From positions 1 through 34,553 of the forward strand of contig KZ539067.1 of the NCBI GenBank assembly GCA_000934665.2: DNA of 34,553 nucleotides. The letters are read 5' to 3'. Shown piece after piece: positions 23,250 through 34,553 of the stretch. This DNA comes from Catajapyx aquilonaris. Taxonomy: Eukaryota. The notes under the pieces are model-generated. The model was given only the letters and a program-made list of their open reading frames with translations. It made no database searches and was not told where the DNA came from. Position 1 is the stretch's first letter, and every line of letters starts with the position of its first letter. The translations under genes were made by a program, and so were the position numbers.

Positions 23250-23411
23250 CTGAAGGATTAGGGCTTATAGCACCAGATCTGGAATTGATTCCACAGCAAA
23301 TGGAGCACCGGGGGAGTTGGGGGGCTACCTGGGTCTCGCCTCTCTCGATTGGCGAAGGACAGCACGGTAAGAAGTTCTGGCTACAGCTTATGCTTAGCAG
23401 CACTGGCCTGC
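23250..23411 (-). CDS. OSBPL8: Candidate symmetric cassette exon (54 codons)
   Basis: Acceptor tatgttttcgcag|GC, donor TCAG|gtactc, 162 nt, phase 1-1, open. Reads RPVLLSISCSQNFLPCCPSP...SGAISPNPS. Confidence 0.45.
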
Positions 23412-24019
23412 CTGCGAAAACATACACACACACACAGGCTAACATACAAGCAGGGGGACACAGCAAGCCAACGTTAATCAACTGAAAAGAACAGCTAGAT
23501 GGGGCTCAAGAATGTTGAGACAAACTACCTACTACGGTTGTTCATGATCCTAAATAGCCATCTTCGAAGAAACATCGAATCCACTCGGGAGATTTTTCAC
23601 CACGAAAATTTTGATTTCACAACAAAAATGGACTTATGGAATCCACGGCAACATGTAAACGGCCGTAGACAATGAGCCCTCCTTCATTATTAAAAAGCTT
23701 GTTTATTTTCAGGCCCCATGCTTTGGCCACAAGGGGACTAACCGCAAGTCAGAATGCAACAGGTTACGCAATTTTCACGGCCAGGTGGAGCTGAGAACAG
23801 CCAATGCACTCTACACCTTACACATCTGGCAATTATTTTTCTGTGCTATTAGACCGCATTTCCAAATTAGCGCATGGAGCCTTTGACTAAATTTAGAATA
23901 TCCTCGTGCAGGGTGTTGATGAATCCTACCGACAAATTGATAGGGGGTCCAGGATCATCGACGATCTTATTATCCGCCTCTAATATTCCCTATCCTTCGC
24001 ATGAAATACAAGGCCATAG

Positions 24020-24736
24020 ACAACGAATGTCCCAATTTTAAAATCCTATAACTCGAAAATTTGTAGACATATCTAAATGATTTAAGTTTTGAAATGCTAA
24101 GAAATGTTTAAAGTTTTGGTCTCACCTAAGTTTGTTTCGATATGAACTCCATTTGCCACTCAAAAAATGTAAATACGGTAATCGGTGTCGTGCCCAACCC
24201 CATCAGACATGTCTGAAGTCACCATTGCGATCCCATCCTGTAGGTGCTGGAGATACCGGATCTTTTCAGTTTTCACCATACATGTATCTCCACAAAAAAA
24301 AAAGTCAATTGGGGTAAGATCTGGGCTTCTGGAGGGACTATAGGCATTGGGAAACTTCTCATTCAAGACTTCGCACACTGGGGGCTGAACAAATGAAACT
24401 TTCCTATATACGGCAGGTTTGTTTCATGGATGAGGCGACTTTTTATTTGCATCATCAAGAACAATGTGTATGGTGTAAATACCCATCATCTCTAGCACCT
24501 ATGGGATAGGATCGAAACGGTAACTCCAGATATGATTGGACGGGTTTGGCTCGAGACCGAATGCATCAGTCTTTTTTATTTGATGAGCAACAAATGAAGC
24601 TCATATCGAAACAAACTACGGTGTGATAAAAACTTTAGACCTGTCTTAGCATTTCAAAATTTAAATCATTGCGATGTCTACAAGTTTTCGAGCTATATGG
24701 TTTTTTAATTTGGACATTCTTTTTCGATGACCCTAT
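24020..24736. mobile_element. Fold-back derivative of a Tc1/mariner-superfamily transposon with transposase remnants
   Basis: Inverted arms about 24025-24155 and 24590-24720. Minus strand SRSPDLTPIDFFFCG (compare WPPRSPDLTPLDFFLWG). Plus strand DEATFYL and DRIETVTPDMIGRVW. Confidence 0.75.
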
Positions 24737-25280
24737 ATTAGAATTGGCCGAAGGAGGCGAAGCAGGCATACAGTATGTATATGCTCCCCTTACCCAAGTT
24801 GCCCCTCTTGGACACGTTCTATACAACCACACGAAGTTCGTGGAATCCATAACCGCCCTGCACGTTTAACAGATTAGAATAAGTCGACATACACAAATTA
24901 ACATGACACATGTCACTTCATAATAATCAATTCATATTATACAACAGGGGTGTTGAAATATCATATGTTATAGACTCGAGCATAACACAAGGTCTACTCA
25001 CATGAGGCAGTCAACCGTACTCCAACATGGTCACGAATAAATGCAGATGAAAATATGCGAAATATCCGAAGATGTCTAGCAGTGTTCTATATGGTTCACT
25101 TCCGAGTGGTAGAAGAGTCAGTAGATATTTCCGCAGAGTTTTAAGTTATTGGGTCCAACCGCAATAAGGACGGGGAGTGTCAGGGAGTGACACGGGATAA
25201 GGGGGAAACTATGCGTCATTTTAACAATGCAATAATGACTTGGAATGCATGGTTTACTCAACTGTTCGTATACTTCATCC

Positions 25281-25421
25281 CATGGTTGTAGAAGACTCAG
25301 GTTAGGTCACTCCCCACCCACCCCCTGCCGAGGGGTTTTGCAGCGGATGCTCACCTGAGACCGCTGCAAAACCCCTCGGCAGGTGATGAGCCCAGAAGAT
25401 AGGGGTAGTGTCCGTGGGCTG
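25281..25421 (-). mobile_element. Family X hairpin element, copy 4 (141-bp minimal form)
   Basis: Perfect 8-bp TSD cttcatcc (25273-25280, 25422-25429). Ends catggtt... / agtgtccgtgggctg. Short 22-bp-stem hairpin. Confidence 0.92.
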
Positions 25422-25654
25422 CTTCATCCCCAAAACCACTGCTTCTCATGTCCCACTGCTAGACCAAACGTCCGATATACGTGCCACAAAACTGCCATTG
25501 TTGCTGATGGAGGATTTCGCTGGCAGCACTGTTAGAAGGCAGACTGTGTACTGTATACTTAAGCCTGAAGGTTTGGCCTATAGCAATGAGACACGTGTCT
25601 CAGTGGTCAATTTAGAACACTGGTAGATGAGACAAGTCGGGATTTTTCCGCATA

Positions 25655-27070
25655 AGAGGGGAGTTCACAAAGTTCGCGCCTTTGGGTTGAATGAAATGAG
25701 AGAAACGGTTCAAATTGCACATATGTATTAGACATTCTCTCTACAAGTATATTAATCCTGCAAATCCACACATCTTTCCCATCGATACACGACTTGTGGG
25801 ACACCATTATTGCCGAAGTCGACACTTTGCGCTTGAAAATTGTTTTCAACCTCTCTGATCACCCCCTCGTCGCTTTCTAAATGCTTCCCACACATCAGTG
25901 GTTGCTTCAAGTGGAGAAAGAGGAAGAAGTTTCCAGGGGTGAGGTATGGGGAATACGGCGGACGGGGGCAGAATAGTGTACCCCACCTGGCCAGCAAGCC
26001 ACAGTTGCATCATGGGCAGAATGAGCAGGTGCGTTGTCGTGCACACCTTGCGTCACCATTCCTCGTCTCTTCCGCTTGATCTGGTGATGCAGCTTTTACA
26101 GGAGGACTTCATAATACTGCCTTGTGATGGTCTCACCTTTTCGTGCCTAATGAGTCGTGATAAAATCCGCGGGAATAATAGAAAAAAAAACACTGAGCAT
26201 AACCTCCCCAGAAGATGGCTGCAATTCTGGCCTTCTTCGGCGGTGGAGAGGTTTGACGTTTGAGTGTTTCCACTGCTTGTTCTGTAACTTGGTCTCTAGA
26301 TCGTAGTGGTACACCCAACATTCGTCCATGATGATGAGTCGGTTGAAAAAATCGCCATTTTCGGAGAGGAACATCGCCAACATTTCCTTCGTCTTACCGA
26401 GGTTGAAAACTTTTTTCAAGCGCAAAGTGTCGACTTCGGTAATAATGGTGTCCCACAAGCGTCGCCAGGAATGGTGGACATTCTGCCAGTGTTTCATATT
26501 ACCACCGATAGGAGGCGGACGATCATTTGGACGGGATGAACCAGAGTTCTCTGACGGAAAGAGACACCATGATCTCACTACTTTGTGGACCAATCTTAAA
26601 TATGGAATAGCCATTTTGTCACACACATCGTATATTTCATACACATTTTGAGATCAATGAAATATCTCAATTGAAAGTAGCTTTTTCGGGCCCAAGAGCA
26701 AAATGCAACGCAAAACCTCATAAGCGGAATGAGACACCATTATCTCCCAAACATAATTGCAATATTAATTTTTTAGAGTCACCAGGGTATGCAGGAGTCT
26801 ATTACCTTCACACACATTGAAAAATAAAATTAATTCGATCAAAATTAACCGAGTTACAGCTGTTTTACACTGCAATCCCTATGTATAGCTTATGGGCGCA
26901 GGAGTCGCAAGGCCGATGTCCACCATTCCTGGCGACGGTCGTGCATCACTGGGGAAAATGTATGACTTTGCAGGATTAATATAGAGAGAAGGACTAATAC
27001 ATGTGCGCAATTTGAACCGTTTCTCTCATTTCCTTCAACCCAAAGGCGCGAACTTTATGAACGCCCCTCT
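25655..27070 (-). mobile_element. Defective mariner (DD34D-type) element
   Basis: TA TSD, about 75-bp TIRs. Remnants FFNRLIIMDECWVYHYDLETK...GEVMLSVFF and PPYSPYLTPGNFFLFLHLK...GKHLESDE...RWERCV, with frameshifts. Confidence 0.9.
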
Positions 27071-27606
27071 TATGTTTATCTGAACTCATTTGTAACCATG
27101 TACTTTACGTATACGTATCTGGCTCACTTTCATCTGAGTGACCCTTATGTATGTATTGGTTCTGCACAAGTCGATATGTATAGGGATATGACATGCTGAA
27201 CAGTACGAATATAAATACAACCTCTACTCCAGTATCTTGCACAGCAGCAGGTATAGGATTATGTCATGATTGTTCATCACATGCTATACTGTACACAGTA
27301 ATGACTACTTATGTATCTCCAGACAAGAAAATTTTTAGCATGTACTATATCCGACAAAAAGATGAGCCAATCTTGAATTTCACTTCAATTCATAACCGTC
27401 TCAATATTTTTGTCTGTCATAATACAATGTCAAGTGAATCTCTCCTAACTGAAACACTATTATAACAATTATAGTTCATGGAACTCCCAATAGTCGCCAC
27501 CTGCACGACATACACTGTCTAGATCCTGTGATTGGTCATATACGAAATTTTAATATCGTGTATGATCTTTACATTTTTCAAAATTCTTGTTATTAACACA
27601 GTACAG

Positions 27607-27756
27607 TGGCCATATATCGAGGCAACCGCCAGCGACATTTTTCCGAAGCGGCAGAAGAAGGAATCGAAGATACGCATGCTACAAGCCGGGCGAGCAAGAT
27701 TCCTTCTTCTGCCGCTTCGGAAAAATTTCGCTGGCGGTTGCCTCGATATATGGCCA
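27607..27756. repeat. Hairpin MITE-like element
   Basis: About 58-bp nearly perfect arms tggccatatatcgaggcaaccgccagcga...gaaggaatc / gattccttc...tatatggcca. Confidence 0.85.
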
Positions 27757-29496
27757 GCACCATGTTTAGACCATTGCTTAAATGAATTATAGACCTATCA
27801 GCTTGGAGCGATTCACTAAATTACTGTGTATAACAGTACGGGTCTTTAAATGTCACAGGATTATGTAGCAAACAAAAAATAACTATAAATAGCCAATGTT
27901 CCGTCAAGGGAGGCACACAAGTTATCTTAATATGCATTCACTACACGTGCTGACATTGCTACGCGATGCTTTGGCAACTGAGTCGACTTCTGGCTGTCAA
28001 CTCGCAATATTTCACATACACATACATATAAATGGCAAAGATTTAGTAATTACGGCAGGCAAGAATAATAACAAGTTTCAATCAACCACGGTCACGAGAG
28101 TCTCTTTTCGTAACATGAACACCCTTGCACTTGTAATAGACTCCACAATACAGCAACATTGACAATACAAGTATGAAACTATCCATTTGTATTTACGGGA
28201 AACCATTCATGTGGGACTCACTCGGACTCACCTGTGAATTCCCACTTTAAAAATGTAACATATACGAATGAATCAAAGCAGTTATCACGGGGTCGTTTAA
28301 ATGTAATTTATAACTGTGCATGTCCCAAATGAACGTTGTCCCTGATGGTGGGCTTTGGAGGAAACGGGGGGGATATGCAGTATTCCAGGCAAGGATTCCT
28401 TAAGGGTTTAATAACTTATTTTGGAGAAATGTGGAGGGTGAGGGTATGCGACTTATCGCATGAGGGCAATTTCCAGAACCTACCCCAACGGATCCCGGCT
28501 CCCAGTGATGCAAATCGTCTGTGTGCTAAAGGGACAAAAAGAAATGCTAATCTTACCTTACATCAAGCCTACCTTACCTTCCTAACATATCCATGCACTT
28601 AAAATTACTTCCTACTCATTAGTGTGCAGAGCGCAGGGGCGCTCTTACAAAATATGAATAGTAGGATGAGGTTATCTTGGACCAATTATTTGAGAGTAAT
28701 GCGAGAGTCCCCGCCAAAAAAATTCTATGAAAGAGAACTATGTAAACATAAGTTTAGGAAGTAATGCTTCGACAATTACAAGCAACTACTGTATATTTTT
28801 GTCCTTCAAGAAAATCTCACTCACGGGATCACGTTCTACACTTGATACGTTACGTTCGAGCAGAGTGTTTTTAGAAAGCTTTCTGAAAGTCCAGGCACGC
28901 CTTGCTATTGTTTGACTGGAACAGACAGCACTTCTCTGAAGTACTTCATAATGTTTAGGCTATTTTAGCGGGAAATTAAGCGCCTATTGACATAATCCAC
29001 TGAAAATGTGGCCACTTAATTTTTCGAATTATTCGAGTTAAAAATGATCCATTCTACATTAATAGGGGACAATTTACAGAACCGTCACACATGTCATGTG
29101 GCAGAAATACACGTATAGCTAAGCAACAAGCAATATTGTGACAGGCATTATCAACACATATCTCTCCCCTGCACTTGACCGACACAAAACAGGTGCAAAA
29201 CATGTTCGCCACAGGCTAAATTTCACACCAACATATAGTATGGAACTCCGCCATGCCAAGAATATTATTCCACCTGTCCGTTTTTCTCCAGCAAAAATCG
29301 GGCCTAACTGGACCACCTGTCCACGATAAAATTCCCCCATGTGAAACGCTACTGGTCAGCCCAAGTGCAGCTTGACACGTCATTTCCGCAGCGGCCTAAT
29401 AATTCCCGGCATGCAATTAGCATGTTAGTAGCAGGCGGTCAAACACCAGGAGCCGCAACCACGCTACCCAGGCTGATGAATGATGCAGGTACTCAC

Positions 29497-29625
29497 TGGG
29501 CGAGTGCAGGTTGTGTGCCGGGCTCCTCGGACTGGGGGCCAGGGACTCACTGGACCCGTGATGAAGTGGAAATTTGGGCAGCAGTACTTGGAGGTTGCTC
29601 TTCCTGGACTTTTCCTTCTCCTTTT
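29497..29625 (-). CDS. OSBPL8: Probable 5' coding exon of the ORP8-like gene
   Basis: Acceptor gggttttcag|AA, donor CCCA|gtgagt, 129 nt, phase 1-1, GC-rich and open. Reads KEKEKSRKSNLQVLLPKFPLHHGSSESLAPSPRSPAHNLHSP. Confidence 0.7.
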
Positions 29626-29684
29626 CTGAAAACCCACACGAATCATTTCAATATGCCGCTCTGGCACAACCATACACGCTACAC

Positions 29685-29747
29685 CTGTGATGGCCGGGAC
29701 TTCCATTGCCCAGCAGTCCCTGAAAAGCCGCTTCATATTTTGTCCAC
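29685..29747 (-). CDS. OSBPL8: Candidate 5' exon, possibly containing a start codon (ATG at 29736 or 29706)
   Basis: tgtatag|GT ... ACAG|gtgtag, 63 nt, phase 1, reading GQNMKRLFRDCWAMEVPAIT. Separated from the next exon by a 59-nt intron; the donor is weak. Confidence 0.4.
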
Positions 29748-31215
29748 CTATACATTGATTGTGGCAGTGGGTAAGGTTCGCACCCACAAACCGTCGCTCG
29801 TTATCGGCTCAGGTAGCGCAATCGATATCAAGGGGGGCTTATCACCAGTGCGACACCGCCTGATTATAATTGGGGGACTTCCTTGTCGCGTGGGACTAGG
29901 GCAAACATGATTAGAAGGCGCCAATGTTTTGGCCCGAGAGCCTACTTGACCCAGTCACGCCCAAGTCTGCTTTTGACCAGTCTTGCAAATTGGGTTAATG
30001 AGCTTTGGGTCTCCTGAAGTGGGTCGTCGAATTTGAGCAACACTCCCCNCCCCCCCCCGTGAGGTCACAGGCGACTGAATGAGGTCAGTGTTGCACCAGT
30101 AATGGCCGCTTTAATAAAAATTAGCCAATGATCCGGTGACGTGATCACGCAATGGATAGCCCCGTTTTGGCAAAACAATGAAGTGGGATGTCTGGCGTGA
30201 TTAATCTGTGTCGCGCAATGTTCATTTCGGATTTATGCGGCTGGATTTGTGGCCAAATGATTCCGTGTATAGGTCACGGTCTCATAATGGGCACGAAATT
30301 GACACCATCCATGTATACTTCAGTGCTCTATACTGCCAACTGTACTGCCTCAATTGGCGCAACTAGTAAGAGCAATAAATATTGCATAGTAAAAAGTCAA
30401 TGAGAATATATGGAATAATGGCGTAATCCAGGGAGAAGATTTCATACAGACATATTTACCACACGTATATAGGGAGCAATCATTTAGAGTTTTACATTTT
30501 ATCTGCAAGTAACTTGCAAAGCGCATTAATCTGTTGATATACTATATATGCAGATCGCCCAAGATTTTAAAGGGCCACATTATCTCAAATTCCAACCTCC
30601 CATTGCGACAACTCAGGCCAATAACACAACGGCGAAGACTCTGAGTTATGTTGTCATACATTTTGACGCACGGTATACTATCACCGGTCCATCATAATCG
30701 GCTCCAAGGGCTTCACTGGAATTCCAGTGATGCCTCTGCTCCAATGCTAATCTTTTTCGCCGCGATACCTTGGAAATTCCCTATATGTAAAGTCCACAAT
30801 CATTTTTATAGTGTAGCAGTTGCTTATGGTATGCAAGTTGAACAAGTTTCAACTCACTCAGTTATTTTCCGATGGCATTGTAAAAATCCGGGTTGGAAAG
30901 TTGCTACTCTGAAACTTTTTAGTTTGATATTGTTACAAACCACTCTGTGTGCAAAACCATTATTAAGTTATATACCGGTACTTGACTCTTTGATATGAGC
31001 TCCTGTCCTGCAATGAGAAATTTATGCGTAAAGTAAAACTTCTGCGAAATAATATTGGTTGTGGCCCAAAGGATACTATAAAGATTTAAAAAAGTATTGT
31101 CACAAACCAATAAGACCCACATTATATATTTCCGTGATATTTTAAATCGTTATTTCAAATCATGCCTGTGTCACCGTATAGGGCACGTCCTCCTAGCAAC
31201 AACTTAGAAGAAATA

Positions 31216-31764
31216 CATTGTACTCCCGATTATTCGGAAAAATGACTGCACGGGTGTTGCCGGATAATCGGAAAATGGCCCTATAGACATCGTAAAAAAT
31301 GATACATTTACAGATTATTACTGTACTACTGTATAGAGCAGTGCTTCCCAAATTGGGGGTCGCGAAAATAATATTTGGGGTCGCGAGGGAGGGTCATGAC
31401 CATAAGGTAGTCATTTCATGTTGGCGGATCGAAATGTGCACATATAGGGGGTCGCAAATTTTACAAGACGATTTTTTGGGGTCGCCAACGAAAGAAATTG
31501 GGAAGCACTGATATAGAGAGTATGCTGCCTATAGGCCCTAGTTGATTAAAATAATGAAACTTACCGCAGAAAGTCTTACATTTCTTCGTTGGCGAGACAT
31601 ATTGACAGTGGGTGTAATTTTCGTTTCGCTGCTATAGTTACTGCTAAGTTAGCAGTATCTAGCAGTGGGATAACAATTCGACACATTTCTTCGGACTTTA
31701 AATTTAAATTTTACTTTTTGGCGATGCACGGATAATCCGCACCCGGATAATCGGGAGTACAGTG
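31216..31764. mobile_element. pogo/Tigger-like MITE
   Basis: TA|cattgtactcccgatta ... taatcgggagtacagtg|TA, with repeated ggataatc motifs. Confidence 0.8.
31339..31510. mobile_element. hAT (Charlie-like) MITE nested in the pogo-like MITE
   Basis: TIR cagtgcttcccaa / ttgggaagcactg, TSD gtatagag / atatagag, ggggtcgc subterminal repeats. Confidence 0.9.
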
Positions 31765-33035
31765 TATTTCGTACTTTTTTGGAATAGTAGCCTACGCAGC
31801 TGTACCCACTGCTGGCAATAATGCAAAATAAAAACATTCAAACCTCGATTTTCGCGAAACTGGGTTCCCTTTTTCAATCATAGAACAAAAATTATTGCGG
31901 ACCAAGTCGAAACTAATCACTGAATTTATCCTGTGCACATAATCGTCATGCAGCTCAAATCTCGTGTCAGATTTAGGGTACGCCACCATTTTTCTAATTG
32001 GAAGCCCTGTCATCACTGATGGCGTATAATGATGACACGCTCCAGCCGTCATGCCACACTTTTGCTCAGTGCGAACTCAATGGAATTGTATGTCACTCAC
32101 CAAAGAAGGTCTTGCATGAGGCCATCATTCATTCCTGAACTATTGCAACACTGTACAATCACACAGGCTCCCTTGCGGCCGCGCCGGTTCGTATTTTGGT
32201 GTTGATACTAGCCTTTTGGTATTTTTGTGCCTCTACCTTTTAGTTTCGCTTTGTGCCTTGAAAGCTGTTCCCATCAACTCGGTCAATTCCACTTCGATAC
32301 TATCGCGGGTAAAAAGATGAAGAGGTTCCACCATGCGGGGTCCAACGGCTTCAATGGAATTCCAGTGACGTCTTTGCTTCAACGTGAATATAAAATAAAA
32401 TCAGTCATAATCGTCACATGTTCTACACGTATTAGTGTCACTGATTATTCCGATTATCCAGTGAATTCGGTGGAACCTCTTCATCTACGTATTTCACCCT
32501 CATATAGTATACGGCCCATATTGACATGTCTTTTAATGTTTGTAGCGTTTCGCCAACGTATCCGTATGATGCTATAGGTCCCCACCTCACTTGCCAATAA
32601 TACGTTAGTCTATATGTCGATTTTCAGGTATGCCGGATGTGTTTACTGTAAAAGGTGACGAGAAAAAACGTCGTGACTTCCGAAACACACGGTGAAATGT
32701 AGATTAGTGAACGGGATTCCGACGCGTCGTGCTGGGTCAGTCCTTTTTAATTCATATATTTTATGTAGCAGAGAAAAGGCGACGTTTTTTCCGTATCGTT
32801 TCAAGCGCCTCGTTGGGCCCCGGACCTACAGGCATCGATTATGCACGACTTTCCAATCACCCTACAGCATACAGTGTGTTCCAGCTGCAATGTACGTAGT
32901 GGTTAGCAATTTTTTGGCACTGTGCTTCGTATTTTTCAGCAGTTATTTTGAATCGCTACTTTTAGAGGTTATCATGCGAATCATCTATCCCAACTCTGAA
33001 TTGCAATATATTTCCAATAATAATTAAGACGTTAC

Positions 33036-33432
33036 TTGCCAAAGGGCCCAACTCCCAAAATCGTTTCGAAAACCCGTTTTATTGCGGATTCCTATACGGG
33101 CCTCACAGCCCTGGTGAAGATGAAGGGCCAAAGTCAATCAGAAGTGTTTTAAAATTGAATGTAATGATTTGCAGTCCATTGCCTGCAAACTGGAGTTGGG
33201 CCCTTTGGCAACTGACTGAACTTACTGTTAGATCAGAATATCAGATTGTGATTGATGTTAATAATAATTACATAGGATGGAAATAAAACTGGTCACACCT
33301 TTCTTTGTAGTACTACTTTATGAATATGATGTGTTCAGATGGACAGGCATGACTGTATACCACTGAAATTTGCAACAGGAAATGGGCGTTCAGTTGCTGC
33401 CAAAGGGCCCAACTCCACTGATTTTGACCTTC
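33036..33432. repeat. Three copies of tgccaaagggcccaactcc (two direct, one inverted), probable end of a TIR element
   Basis: Motif at about 33037, 33193 (reverse) and 33398. Confidence 0.6.
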
Positions 33433-33576
33433 AATAGACTCTGACATATTGCTTTCTAGTAGAGTAGATGATGTTTATGCACTAGGTGTGTATAATGGTG
33501 CCCTATCAGCATCATAAACCGCGAAACTATGAATGGAGCAATTATGCATATATAATATGCAGTTTTTAGTCTCTCC

Positions 33577-34553
33577 CATGGTTTTAGAATACTCAGCAGG
33601 TTAGGTCCTCCCACCCACCCCCTGCCGCACAGTGGGTTGAGAAGCCCGCGCAGCGCGAACAAATTCGATTCCGCGAACATGGTGCAAAACACACAAACAT
33701 AGTCTGACATTACAGTTATGAATATGGACTATTTCATTTGATAACATTAATCGTCACATAGAGTCTTTCATACGTGTCACGACCCCCTGAAGTACCAGCA
33801 TATATGAGCTACACTGCGTACGAGAGATATCATTTGCGTGGCACCATTCGGTACCTAAAAGATGCAGAAACAGAGTATGCTGTTCCTGCCAGTTGCACTC
33901 TATTGTCCACTAATAAGCAAATGCAACATATTCAACTTTGACCCCAAAATAAGGAGGAAACGACATCATACCCACCAATGTGCAATAATTGTATACCATG
34001 TTCGCGAAACCAAGTGAGCTGCAAAAATACCACCGCATACCACTGACTCCCACTTCGGTGCAAGCGATCCATTAGACTGTCCTCACCATTTTACAAATTA
34101 AATCAGCTGCAATGAGCAGCAAATGCGGTAGTAAGAAGCTTTCACAGCACACCCCTCAAGCATTCACTTTTGCTGTTCGTTAAGCAATTATTTCAACCCT
34201 CAGACGGTCTCACCACTTAGGCTACTACACAAGCAGCCGACCCAATATCTTCAAACCAATATAAATGACGTAAATGACCTAAAAAAAAACCTGATGCGAC
34301 AATATTTCAGTAGGACGGATGCGCAATAAATGAGAGGCGAATTTGTTCGCGCTGCGCGGGCTTCTCAACCCACTGTGTGCCGGGGCGTTTTGCATGGTGT
34401 GCTCACCTGAGAGCGCCGTGAGACATCTCAGAGCTGGACTATGTGGCGACCCTACCGGACTAGGCTGAACTTTATAGGTACAAAAGGGAAGCGCTACATG
34501 TGTGCCCAACATGGCCGCCGGCGACCATGTTGGGTCCCCCAATGTAGCGCTTC
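33577..34553 (-). mobile_element. Family X hairpin element, copy 5, interrupted by a Transib-like element and truncated by window edge
   Basis: Starts catggttttag...cccacccaccccctgccg and resumes at 34378 with the family X arm up to the apex caacatggccgccggcgaccatgttg. Confidence 0.88.
33628..34377. mobile_element. Transib-like non-autonomous element (750 bp)
   Basis: Perfect 40-bp TIRs beginning CACAGTG and perfect 5-bp GC-rich TSD tgccg (33623-33627, 34378-34382). Confidence 0.9.

Noticed and set aside
29341..29910. 189-aa plus-strand ORF and 107-aa minus-strand ORF
   Set aside because: Better explained by short spliced minus-strand exons in a GC-rich patch.

Overview
Eukaryotic (most likely arthropod) genomic DNA. 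The window lies inside one large minus-strand gene for an oxysterol-binding protein-related protein of the ORP5/ORP8 subfamily (OSBPL8-like). Seven core exons (19361 down to <1) are supported by phase-compatible GT-AG junctions and recognisable PH-domain and ORD sequence, with the EQVSHHPP signature split across an intron. Up to four further 5' exons lie at 21.7-29.7 kb. The gene runs off the left edge before the expected C-terminal transmembrane segment. The introns are packed with often nested non-autonomous elements: Tc1/mariner-, pogo-, hAT-, PIF/Harbinger-, Sola-, Kolobok- and Transib-like MITEs, four tRNA-headed SINEs, two mariner-type transposase remnants and a decayed Gypsy-like integrase. 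The most unusual signal is a family present five times (called family X here). It has 8-bp TSDs, asymmetric ends (CAGCC-CMCGGACACT ... CCRTG) and a large internal hairpin. One copy is interrupted by a Transib-like element whose perfect 40-bp TIRs resemble a 23-spacer V(D)J RSS. No prokaryotic features, CRISPR arrays or rRNA are present. All calls were made by eye, without database searches.
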